Source: Schizochytrium sp. TIO01 (Eukaryota > Protista > Bigyra: Labyrinthulomycetes). From it: a DNA stretch of 64,000 bases. Every line of letters begins with the position of its first letter. The stretch's first letter is position 1. A program made the translations under genes and the position numbers. The stretch is taken from NCBI GenBank assembly GCA_004764695.1, contig SMSO01000008.1, forward strand, positions 186,001 to 250,000, written 5' to 3'. The notes under the pieces are model-generated. The model did not search any database, had not been told where the DNA came from, and was given only the letters and a program-made list of their open reading frames with translations. Shown here in pieces: positions 55,127 through 64,000 of this stretch.

Positions 55127-58100
55127 AACAATCGTACGAGCCTTTTAGTGCGTTGCCGTACTATCTTAAGAGTTAAAAAGTCTTCCACGCTGGCATCAGA
55201 CACGCTAGAAATGCTGCTACGTGGGTATGTAGGAAGGGCGCTGGCTAATACTTACTTACTGAGGCTGTTCTATGCCCTATCTATTTGAACGAAAAGCAGC
55301 CAAGCACTGCCGCTGGTCAGATGCGATCCTTTAACATGAGCAATCATTCAAGGCTCAGCGCGCTAGGCGCTCGTAAGCGGCAAGCAATTCAAGTGATAAA
55401 TTGCAAGCCAACCTAGAGCAAGTCACTCAAGCGATATGTTTTGACACATTTAAAAGAAGGAGCCATCTTCGATTGAGGATGGATGATTCATCCAGTTCTT
55501 AAAACTGAATTAAGTAGGGTAGGGGATTCAATCAAAGCCCCATGGGGTACAATCCAGTAGCCTGCTTCGCGGGCGACTTTGGGATGGGATACGTCAGTCC
55601 CTATGGTCAACAAATCAGAACTCTATTTCCGTTTTTAGACCTTGGGATCATGAATATACTAAATTCAACTACTTTTGCTCCAACTATGCGGCGACAAGCC
55701 CAGCTTCTCGCTGTGATCAATATGGTGGTGATGACTACTGTGATCGCCGACAGTGGCCATCTATATCCATCTTACGCACAAGATCCGCATAGCCTACAGC
55801 AAACAGACTGAAGAGCATAACATGTGGAATCTGGCTGAAGTACCAGAACTTTTATAGTGGTCTTTATTGAAAGGTTTTTGTTTGAACACTGTATTAGTTT
55901 CTTCTTTAGTGTAATGGGTCGTCATGAGAAGCTACATAAAAAGTTTCAACGATGTTACTTGCGTTTGTATAATATTGTGGTATTATCCTGCAAACGTAAA
56001 ATTGATTTGAGCTGGCTTTGTTAGTTAGTCTCCTTTCTAATTGAGCTGCTTGCCTTGAGGCCGAATTTGATCTAGATTCATGTGTAAAACTCTCTGAAAA
56101 CCACCTTTGCTTCTGAGTCCTATGTGCTTGGTTTGATACAACGTACGTTTGCTGCGATTTATAGAGCAAACTAATTTAAAATGCACAACTACAGATATGT
56201 CAGCACAAGCGTTGAGCAAAGGCCTTCCCCATGCACACACTATCAGTGTAGGTAGTGTTGAGCTGTTCGATGTTTGGAGGTCTGGGTAGCAAGCACTAGG
56301 TTTAGGCTGGGTTCAAGACATCATGAGTAACGTCCGAGCAGAAATGAAGGAGTAGCTAAACCCTATGAGCAGTTACTGAGCTTGTGTAAGATGAGGAAAG
56401 ATAACAAAACAGAAATTGTCCATTGCCCAGCCTATCAAACCATTTGACCATCAGCATAAGTATGAAACAAGCTAGTACAAACTTCATGCAACTTGAAGGT
56501 AGGTAGTGTAGGTAAATACTTGTCGTCAACGTAATCATCATTTCATTCAAAGTAGCTAGAAGATAGCAGGTGTATACCCAAAAAGCAAGGGTACAGCCTT
56601 AAATGAGTCCATGCTATGCAAAGAGCTTCAAGTTTGAGAGCATACGGTATAGGTATATTACCTTGAGTTTTAAAGCAAGCAAGCAAGCAAAAGCCTGAGG
56701 TCGATAGGGGTTGTTGCTAGGTAGGTACCCGCCTCTGACGAGTGACCGAGTTGAGAGTTTGCTTTAGGAAGAGTCTGGTCCAGCTAATTAACACCTACCT
56801 AGCTAATTCGCTTAGAAGACATCCAATGAAGGGTGTAAGTAAGTATTAGCAGGCATAGTAGGACAGGTACCTACGAGTGAACTCCTCCCTCTTCCTCATA
56901 GCTCTAGCTAGCTAGAGAGAAGAACAAACACAAGTCACACTAAGTCCCAGATCGATCAGCGTAGCAACAGCAGCAGCAGCAGCAGCAGACAGTTCCTCAG
57001 CTTTCACCGATAGCTTCACAAAGCAGCTATCAAGGTGGCTCGCGCAACGCAGCGTCCCGCAGGCTCCAGGCTCCCCATCCATCTTACCCTGCTGCGTTGT
57101 ACTCGACCGTATCAGCTTTCTTCACAGAGCTGCCTTCTGCGCTTTGGTCTATTTAGCTTTGTCATTCTTTCTTTCTGTCTTTGTGTGAAGCAGCGCATTC
57201 GCCCTTCCGGGACCTGCCTCACGCCTCAACCGTGCTACGCAGCCCTCATCGGGAAAGGGGTTGCTCTCTGAGCTGCCTCCTCTCTCTCTAGCGCCGACCT
57301 TCGCGTATGAATGAGTGGATGGTTGTATGCGTGTATTCTTGCTTGCTTGCTTGCGTGCGAACGTAGAAACCTAGTTCGGTCTCGCTGGCAAGGGCAAGGG
57401 GAAAAAGAACAGCCTTGAAACAGACATGCCAAAAGAACAGAAAAAGGAAACACAGAACACAGGAAAGAACGAGAGAACGTTCCAAGAAGTCCTAGCTAAG
57501 CTATTTATTTTACACACAGAACTTGAAGAAGAGCAGACTTCGTTCATGGAGAAGAGGCAAGCTCCCGCTCTGGATTTGCTTGATTGCTTGCTTTTCTACA
57601 GTGCTGGTTCTTCACTCTGTTACTGCTACTCACGTCTTATCTTCCGATTTGGTTAGGGAAGTCTTAAGCAGCGGCTCTCCAGCTAGGTGTACCTACCCTG
57701 TTATTGGTTTATCTGTGAAGCGTAGGCGGTTTTCTGCCAAAAGTAGCTCACTCTGTGCTATTCCAACTAGCCCGAGGCATTAATAAGGTCCCTTCGAAGC
57801 TCTCCCAAACCCAGGTTGTGCTGCAGAGAGACGGCAATAGAGCAAGAGGGCAACACAAAGGTCTGCTATTCACCTGTTGCTCTTAAAAGCTCATCTGTGG
57901 ATTGATCGCCCTTATCATCTTTGTCTCTCCCAGCAGAAGTAGTAGCATTAGTACTAGTAATAGTACTAGTAAGTATCTGACTGCTATTGAGGAATACTGG
58001 ATACTACTACATCTGAGGTACACACCTGTGACTTTTTCTCTCTTTCTTTAATCCTTCGAGTCTGCCTAGACCTCTCTTACTTTTAATTTTATCATTAAAA

Positions 58101-58354
58101 AAGAAAGATAAAGAAGAGGTCACAGGAGAGAACTCACTCAAGGGTTCCTTTTCTTTTGCATTTCTCTCTCTCTTTCTCCTTTTCTTTAACCCCCAGCCCC
58201 GCAATCTTTGTCTTCGCAGCTCTTCTCGTGCTCTCCACACTCCGCTTGGTCAGGGTCCTCGTGACTTTAGGACTGCTGTTAGGTCCTTGAGGGCTACTCC
58301 TTATTGTTCTTCTCATTCCTGAAGACTCTTCGTTCGTTGTCATCGTTGTTAACG

Positions 58355-61300
58355 ATGGGCCGCCAGCGCGGCGGCAGGGGTACTGAGCCGCACGCTCGAC
58401 ACGCGTTTGCAGGAGGAGAGCACAGTCTAAGACATCATTCGAGGCGTCCTAGCAGCGTAGGGACCTCGCCTCGACCCCACGAAGACGCCTCCTCGCTGCA
58501 GGAGCCCATGAGGCCCAACTCCACTACAACGCCTTGGAGCCCAGCACCTATGCAGCGTGGCTGGCGAAGGCGACCATGCGCAACAGAGAATGGCACTGGA
58601 GAAATAAGAGACACGAGCAACTCTGTAATCATAGATGAACATGAGGCTATGAGCGGTAGGGACGCATCGACGACAACACAAGATAGGCCTTATGGGGGAC
58701 CAAATGGAGCTCCCCCCGTCGGAGAAGGCAATGGCACAGATGAGGACAGACGCCCTGAGGAGGATGACGCTAAGGAACAGAATGGTGCAGAGAAAATACA
58801 AGCAAACCTCAAAAGAAGTCGCGGAAGAAGGCGCAGAAGAACACAGATACAGATCGAAGGAGGGCTCGAAGGGCTCAGTATATACGGAAAACTGGAAAGT
58901 CAGCAGAAATCAGAACCTCGTGCTACTACAGACTGGGCTATCTCGGCAGCGCCAAGAACATCGGTTAGAGGGACTGCGAACGAGATCCCTGGAAGCTGGT
59001 GGAGGTACTTTGCGCCAGAACTGACGGTGTCTGCTGTGGTGCTGGTGGCAATAGCGACGCTGTGGAAGGCGCAGGAGGCGCGTTTTTTGGCGGCGGACGC
59101 CATCTTTCAACCAACCTGGCCAACCTGCTCGGTAGCAGGTCTATCTTCTGATTCAGCAGCAGAGCCAGCTATATCAGCGACAGCGAGGGAGGAATACGAC
59201 CCTTTTCTACTCCAAGCAGCGCTTTCAGTTTGCATAGGTGTGATACTCGGCGGTATCCTCGCACCTGAGCCTTCTCAAGATCTATCTCTTGAGCACGCTT
59301 TAGAGAAGAAAGAAGAGCTGGAACAAAGGGAACGCCCACGCGCACACTTTGTAGGAAACAGGGGTACTCAGTCACAAGGGACCCCAAGGTGCACACTCAT
59401 CAACGGATCTGCCGCGGCTCAGTGTGGCCCGTGCTCAGCAAGGACTTCGGAGGGTAGTAATATAAATAGTGTAAACAGTAGTCCTGAGTGGACGGTATAC
59501 GGGACCAGGTGGCACTCTTCGCGCCTTTTTCAGGTCCCAGAGACCGACTCGGACAGCGTCGTTGCGGACAGCGCAGAAGCAAGATTCCAAGGAGGAAGTG
59601 GAAGCGGCGAGGATCTGAGTTGCTGGAGCTGCTCGAGCTGTTTGGAGCAGCAGTCTTGCTATCGAGATCGCAGTACTCGTTACTGTTGCTGGAAGAGCTC
59701 AGCAGGTCATGAGAAGCAACGGCCTGAGGAAGAACTTAGAGGAGTTCAACAACAACAACAACAAGAACAACAACAAGAAGAAAGAGAATCTGTATCTGTT
59801 GACAGCAACCAGGAAGACCACTTTGAGAAAACCGGGGTCTGTTTTTGCTGCCAGCAAACCAAGAACTACGAGAGGGCAATCTCGCGGTCCTCCTCCTCAT
59901 CGTCTTCGTTTGAGTCGAGGTTGTCGTCGTCTTCGTCTTCGTCTTCGTCTTCTTCCTCGTCTTGCTGTAGCTCAACTTGTTCATCTACGAGGAGAAGGAG
60001 GAGGAGGAGGAGGAAGTCCACTGATTCTGAGGAGGTAGTATCTGATAGAACTCTAACCAAGTCCACCAAGCTCAACTTGTTAGAGGCCAGCAACTGTCAC
60101 TTCTTCGACCCAAACGACTCCAGAAACGGGTGCACGGCCGCCCCGAGTCAGCAGCAGCCCCCTCAGCAGCGTCTTCATCAGCCTCGATCGAGCGCCATAA
60201 GCAGCTCCAGCAGCTCCAGCAGCAAGAACCAGAAGAGCAAGCAGAGCAAGCAGAACAAGCAGAACAAGGGCAGACGTATTACCATTGGTACTGCTTTAAG
60301 TTGCTGCGATTCTCTGCCTGACGCTCTGTACTGCGCTCCTCACATCGCTCAATATAGGCGTACTAGTGTTAAGGGTAGAAGGGCCATTGAGAGTTCTCTT
60401 CTTGCAGAGACCAGCAGAGGTTCTACTGATAAAGGTAGAAAGGCTACTGGTAAAAGGAGGAAGAAAAAGGGAGAAAAAAAGTCCGCTGATCATCGCACTT
60501 TTCTGGCTTCTCTGAACCAATCTCGATCATTTCAAAATCGATCATCTCAAAATCAAGATCAACTTCGAAACCAAGGCAAACATCAATCTGCAGGATCCAG
60601 AAACCAAGACCAGAGCCGACAGCTGCAAGACAGCTGCGAGCCCTGCCGGTGTAGATACCTGCAGAACCCAGCAGAAGCTGACTGGTTTGAGGAGAACGGA
60701 ACAGCGGCAACACAGGAGGCCTGCTCACCCGGCTCTCGAGGAGGTCGCCGTGGTCGCAGACGCCTTCTTCTCCAGCACCAGTCGCAGGAAGAGAACAACT
60801 CTTTGCTGGGTGCCAGCGCCAAAGAGGGCAGCTACGCCGGGACCAGTGGCGGGAGCGTGATCAAAGACGGAGAAGAAGCAGAACCGAGAACCACACAGGC
60901 ACGAGCAGAAGCGGCGGTATTGGCGAAGCAGCAAAGCAAAAACACTAGCAGCAGAAGCGGCATCAGCAGCGAAGGTGGAAGCACAGGAAGAAAATCCTCT
61001 GTTAGCCTGGCTCGTAGGCTTCCTTTCCCTCGAGAGCTTAGCGACAAGTCTCCTCTGAGTCTGCATTATAACAAGAGCGCCAGAACTCGCGGAGGCTGGG
61101 AAAATCAGGTTCAGCCACAGAAAGGGGATCGAGTTCAAGTTGTCAAGCGAAAAGACATCCTTCAGCAGCAACAACAACAAGTAGTACAGCAGCGACGGCA
61201 AGCACGGCAGCGACTCAGTTCCATTGGTAACAAAAAGTGGTGCGAGGTAAAGCGGAAAGAGCAAACAAGTTTGAAGGCAGAAGAAGAAGAAGAAGAAGAA

Positions 61301-62350
61301 GAAGAAGAAAAAGGTGAAGGAGGAGAAGAGCTTAGAGTACTAAGAACCCACTGGAGACAGGTCCGGGTGGCCTTGGGAGAGCTCAGTTCTGCGACGGCGT
61401 GGAGTGCAGTCTGCTTAGGAGCAGGAGTCGTTCAAACCTCTACGTGCTTGTGGAGAGTAGCGCTCAAGCAAAGGAGCATTTGCAGTCGAACAGCGAGAAA
61501 GGACTCCTGCGCACAGCTCTGCCATTGTGACGTTGCAAAAATGGGTCAAGACCTCGCCAAACTTCATCAACTGCAGCAGCAGCAACAACAACAAGAGGGC
61601 GGAGATGGCAAGAACAGAATGGGCAAGAAAACACTCTCGAGGAAAGGCTCCTGCCTTGATGAGCTCCTGAGTGCAACTGGATTCCCGCCACTCAGGCGTA
61701 CAGATAGCAACCAGACAATGATGCCTTCAGACGATGAAGCCGACCACGAGTCAGATGATGATGATGCAGAAATTGCATCTCTCTACAGGAACTCGAAGCA
61801 CCGTGACTTTATCCTTGAGCAACTCAACTCAACGCCGACAAAGCCCAAACGCAAGTCGCGAGCCTCAAGTATGCCCGAAAGCTCAAGAGCATCAAGAGAC
61901 TCGCACGCCCTAAGTGATCTCCTCAGTGTTCACGACATCGACGACGAAGAAGACCTGGAGCTCCTCTCGCACCTCAACAGTGCTTCAGAATACAGTGATG
62001 ATACATCTGAAAGCAAACTATCTGAAGACGAGGAGCTCGCACTTTTACGGCGAGCAGCCCAAGCATGGGAAACCAACGACATGGGCGCTATCCACGCTTG
62101 TGAACGTGAAATCCGCGTTCGTTTGCTCGATCCAACCAAGGACACTCGTTCGCGCCTAGAACGCGAGGTGATGCTCCTCCGCCAACAGCTTGAATCTCAG
62201 AGCACAGAACTTCTTAAGCTTCGGGTATCCCAGGCTACATCGCCGTATCACTCCCGCAACGCTGCCGGGTCAGACTCCACATCTGTCACCTCGGATATTC
62301 ACTCCGAGTCTGATGCCTTCTCCTCAGTATCAGGCGCAGGCTTTTTGTAA
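58355..62350 (+). CDS. Large low-complexity hypothetical protein (about 1330 aa) with two hydrophobic segments and a C-terminal coiled coil
   Basis: A 4-kb stop-free ORF with poly-S/R/Q/E runs. Hydrophobic LTVSAVVLVAIATLW and LLQAALSVCIGVILGGILA. RLEREVMLLRQQLESQSTELLKL. No recognised domain; true start uncertain. Confidence 0.65.
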   Translation: MGRQRGGRGTEPHARHAFAGGEHSLRHHSRRPSSVGTSPRPHEDASSLQEPMRPNSTTTPWSPAPMQRGWRRRPCATENGTGEIRDTSNSVIIDEHEAMSGRDASTTTQDRPYGGPNGAPPVGEGNGTDEDRRPEEDDAKEQNGAEKIQANLKRSRGRRRRRTQIQIEGGLEGLSIYGKLESQQKSEPRATTDWAISAAPRTSVRGTANEIPGSWWRYFAPELTVSAVVLVAIATLWKAQEARFLAADAIFQPTWPTCSVAGLSSDSAAEPAISATAREEYDPFLLQAALSVCIGVILGGILAPEPSQDLSLEHALEKKEELEQRERPRAHFVGNRGTQSQGTPRCTLINGSAAAQCGPCSARTSEGSNINSVNSSPEWTVYGTRWHSSRLFQVPETDSDSVVADSAEARFQGGSGSGEDLSCWSCSSCLEQQSCYRDRSTRYCCWKSSAGHEKQRPEEELRGVQQQQQQEQQQEERESVSVDSNQEDHFEKTGVCFCCQQTKNYERAISRSSSSSSSFESRLSSSSSSSSSSSSSCCSSTCSSTRRRRRRRRKSTDSEEVVSDRTLTKSTKLNLLEASNCHFFDPNDSRNGCTAAPSQQQPPQQRLHQPRSSAISSSSSSSSKNQKSKQSKQNKQNKGRRITIGTALSCCDSLPDALYCAPHIAQYRRTSVKGRRAIESSLLAETSRGSTDKGRKATGKRRKKKGEKKSADHRTFLASLNQSRSFQNRSSQNQDQLRNQGKHQSAGSRNQDQSRQLQDSCEPCRCRYLQNPAEADWFEENGTAATQEACSPGSRGGRRGRRRLLLQHQSQEENNSLLGASAKEGSYAGTSGGSVIKDGEEAEPRTTQARAEAAVLAKQQSKNTSSRSGISSEGGSTGRKSSVSLARRLPFPRELSDKSPLSLHYNKSARTRGGWENQVQPQKGDRVQVVKRKDILQQQQQQVVQQRRQARQRLSSIGNKKWCEVKRKEQTSLKAEEEEEEEEEEKGEGGEELRVLRTHWRQVRVALGELSSATAWSAVCLGAGVVQTSTCLWRVALKQRSICSRTARKDSCAQLCHCDVAKMGQDLAKLHQLQQQQQQQEGGDGKNRMGKKTLSRKGSCLDELLSATGFPPLRRTDSNQTMMPSDDEADHESDDDDAEIASLYRNSKHRDFILEQLNSTPTKPKRKSRASSMPESSRASRDSHALSDLLSVHDIDDEEDLELLSHLNSASEYSDDTSESKLSEDEELALLRRAAQAWETNDMGAIHACEREIRVRLLDPTKDTRSRLEREVMLLRQQLESQSTELLKLRVSQATSPYHSRNAAGSDSTSVTSDIHSESDAFSSVSGAGFL

Positions 62351-63501
62351 ATGATTAGAACATTCATGCGTGCACCTTTTCACTTCCGGTCGCTTTCACA
62401 ATCCATTTCTCGTCTTCTAACTGCGAAGCGGCTTGCGCACCCCAAGGCTCGACGCGTCGATCCTCTGGTGAATTTAATAATGATTGTACAATTGACCGAA
62501 AGATCGAAAGGAAGACACATTTAAAAACAGACAGACAATTTGTTTGCTGATTCTGTTGAGTTTTTTTGTTTGTTTTTCTTTTTTGTTTTTTTTCGGTGGT
62601 TATTATTCAGCCATGTTATCATTTCATTGAGGTCGTAAAGCTCGTAAAGCTCGTGCTCGTTTTCTTGATGGGGTTTGGACCCCATTAATTTGACCTGCAA
62701 ACAACCTGGGTCTGCCTATCACCCATCCTTTTACTCTCCGTAGACATTCTTAGCCGGATACCATTGACCCATCATGCCAGCCCTGTTTTAGGTCTGGTCA
62801 TTATATATCTTCCTGCTTCAAGCTTTTGACAATCCCTGACTTATGTTTGCCCCCACCCCCTGTTTACTCTTTCTAAATTCTTAATGCAATGCATTATTTA
62901 CCTTCTCAACATTTAAACTTGATTTGATAATGCGTCAAAATGATGATACGCATTTGGAGAATAGTTGAAACTCGAACATGTAGCTGACGTTGAGCGTACC
63001 AGATAATAATTTCTTTCATTGATCGATCACAATAATAGATGATTGCAACCGTGCCAGTGGAAATCCGCTTTTGTGCGCGGGTGGGCGGGCGAGCGAGCAA
63101 GCAAACAGAAAGATGTGTAATTATTTATCAGCACATAATAAGAATTATTTTGCTGGCATGCTCAATATGCCATGAGTGGGGAGCTAGTTATGCACAGGTT
63201 TCTAAAATACAGGCAGGCTAATCTTAAATAACAATACTTGCTCTTGACTGTTAAATTGTTCGGAGACATTTTTATTTATTTTTTCGAACAGGCTTTGGGT
63301 CGTTCTTCACGACGTTTGTAAAACAACACGTGTGTACGTGACTCTGCTGAATCGTTGTTATGTTGCTTAGAACCTATACTCGGGAAAACTTATTTGCTTA
63401 TTGTTCATATTCCCTTCTCCTTGAGCTTTTGTTGGTGGTGATAGTGGCATCATTTCATTAAAATCTGATCAAACTTTGAAATGCCTTGTTACTTAATTCA
63501 C

Positions 63502-64000
63502 TTAGACTTGAACTTATAAAAATGGCAAAATTTGCGTTTCCTATGGTGACAAACTAGGGCTAAGACCCAATCGCGGGTTAAAATCTAGCCCGCGACTCAA
63601 ATGCATTCTTGAATCGTGTTCTTGGATGGATAGCTAGCACATGCGGATGCCTCTGGCGGCGGGGATCTCATAATCAAGTACGTGTTTGCATATATATGTA
63701 TATATTTACTTTTTTTTGGAGAGGGGGGGGGGGGGGGGGCATTTAAAAACCTTGGATCACCCGAGCTTGTCGTGGATGGTACCACATTCATTGCATGTTC
63801 TTGAAGTGCAATCCTCGAGACAAATAACCATCTTCCATCACTGACAAGGGGGGAGCCCGGCCTCGTGAATAATGAGTGCATGTTCGAAACCAACGAACGA
63901 CAACATCATTTGAGCTGTCTTGATTTCTTGCATCTTGTTAACTTGCTGAGTTTTCAAATTCAGGTAGTCTTCACAAAGCCAAAGCACAAGCTTGCAGATA
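63502..64000 (-). mobile_element. Decayed LINE-like RT segment, copy B (runs off window edge)
   Basis: The reverse complement matches 25695-26142, e.g. GAGGATTGCACTTCAAGAaCATGCAATgAATGTgGTACCATCCACgACAAGCTCGG and CGCCGCCAGAGGCATCC. It reads SFVGFEHA and EIPAARGIR. Confidence 0.7.

Noticed and set aside
153-62159. Numerous 60-200 aa antisense or alternate-frame ORFs inside the long genes
   Set aside because: Shadow ORFs of real CDSs with no recognisable motifs.
63554-63595. 10-bp hairpin followed 13 nt later by CTAG|T on the minus strand, resembling a Helitron 3' end
   Set aside because: Homology with the copy at 25695-26142 continues past the CTAG, and that copy lacks both the clean hairpin and the CTAG, so this is not an element terminus.
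1-64000. CRISPR arrays, tRNA/rRNA genes, prokaryotic operons
   Set aside because: No repeat-spacer periodicity or RNA-gene signature seen; spliceosomal introns and gene content indicate a eukaryotic nuclear locus.

Overview
Eukaryotic, intron-poor genomic DNA. It carries about 15 protein-coding genes, mostly long single exons with a few GT-AG introns, separated by AT-rich spacers rich in TAGGTA/TACCTA words and microsatellites. Gene content and style suggest a stramenopile protist, probably a thraustochytrid/labyrinthulomycete (inference, not demonstrated). Genes in order: tandem-SET protein (5' truncated); SYLF-WW-villin headpiece protein; glucosamine-6-phosphate deaminase homologue with the catalytic relay replaced; PH + CAMK-type kinase; calmodulin-like protein; myristoylation-motif beta-repeat/Zn-ribbon/EF-hand protein; OSCA/TMEM63-like channel; HET/TIR-like + TPR protein; Asp-rich hypothetical; PH-membrane-CCDC53-motif protein; IPT-RCC1-coiled-coil protein; stand-alone N-terminal half of a ubiquitin E1; CELF-type RRM protein with a long disordered region; signal-peptide thioredoxin/thioredoxin-reductase fusion; large low-complexity orphan ORF. 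Two diverged copies of a decayed LINE-like RT segment and a LINE endonuclease relic lie in spacers. No rRNA, tRNA or CRISPR was recognised. Best leads: the secretory Trx-NTR fusion (reverse of NTRC order), the half-E1, the NagB pseudoenzyme, the TIR/HET-like-TPR protein and a run of four adjacent Ca2+-signalling-type genes. All family assignments are by eye from motifs; no searches were run.
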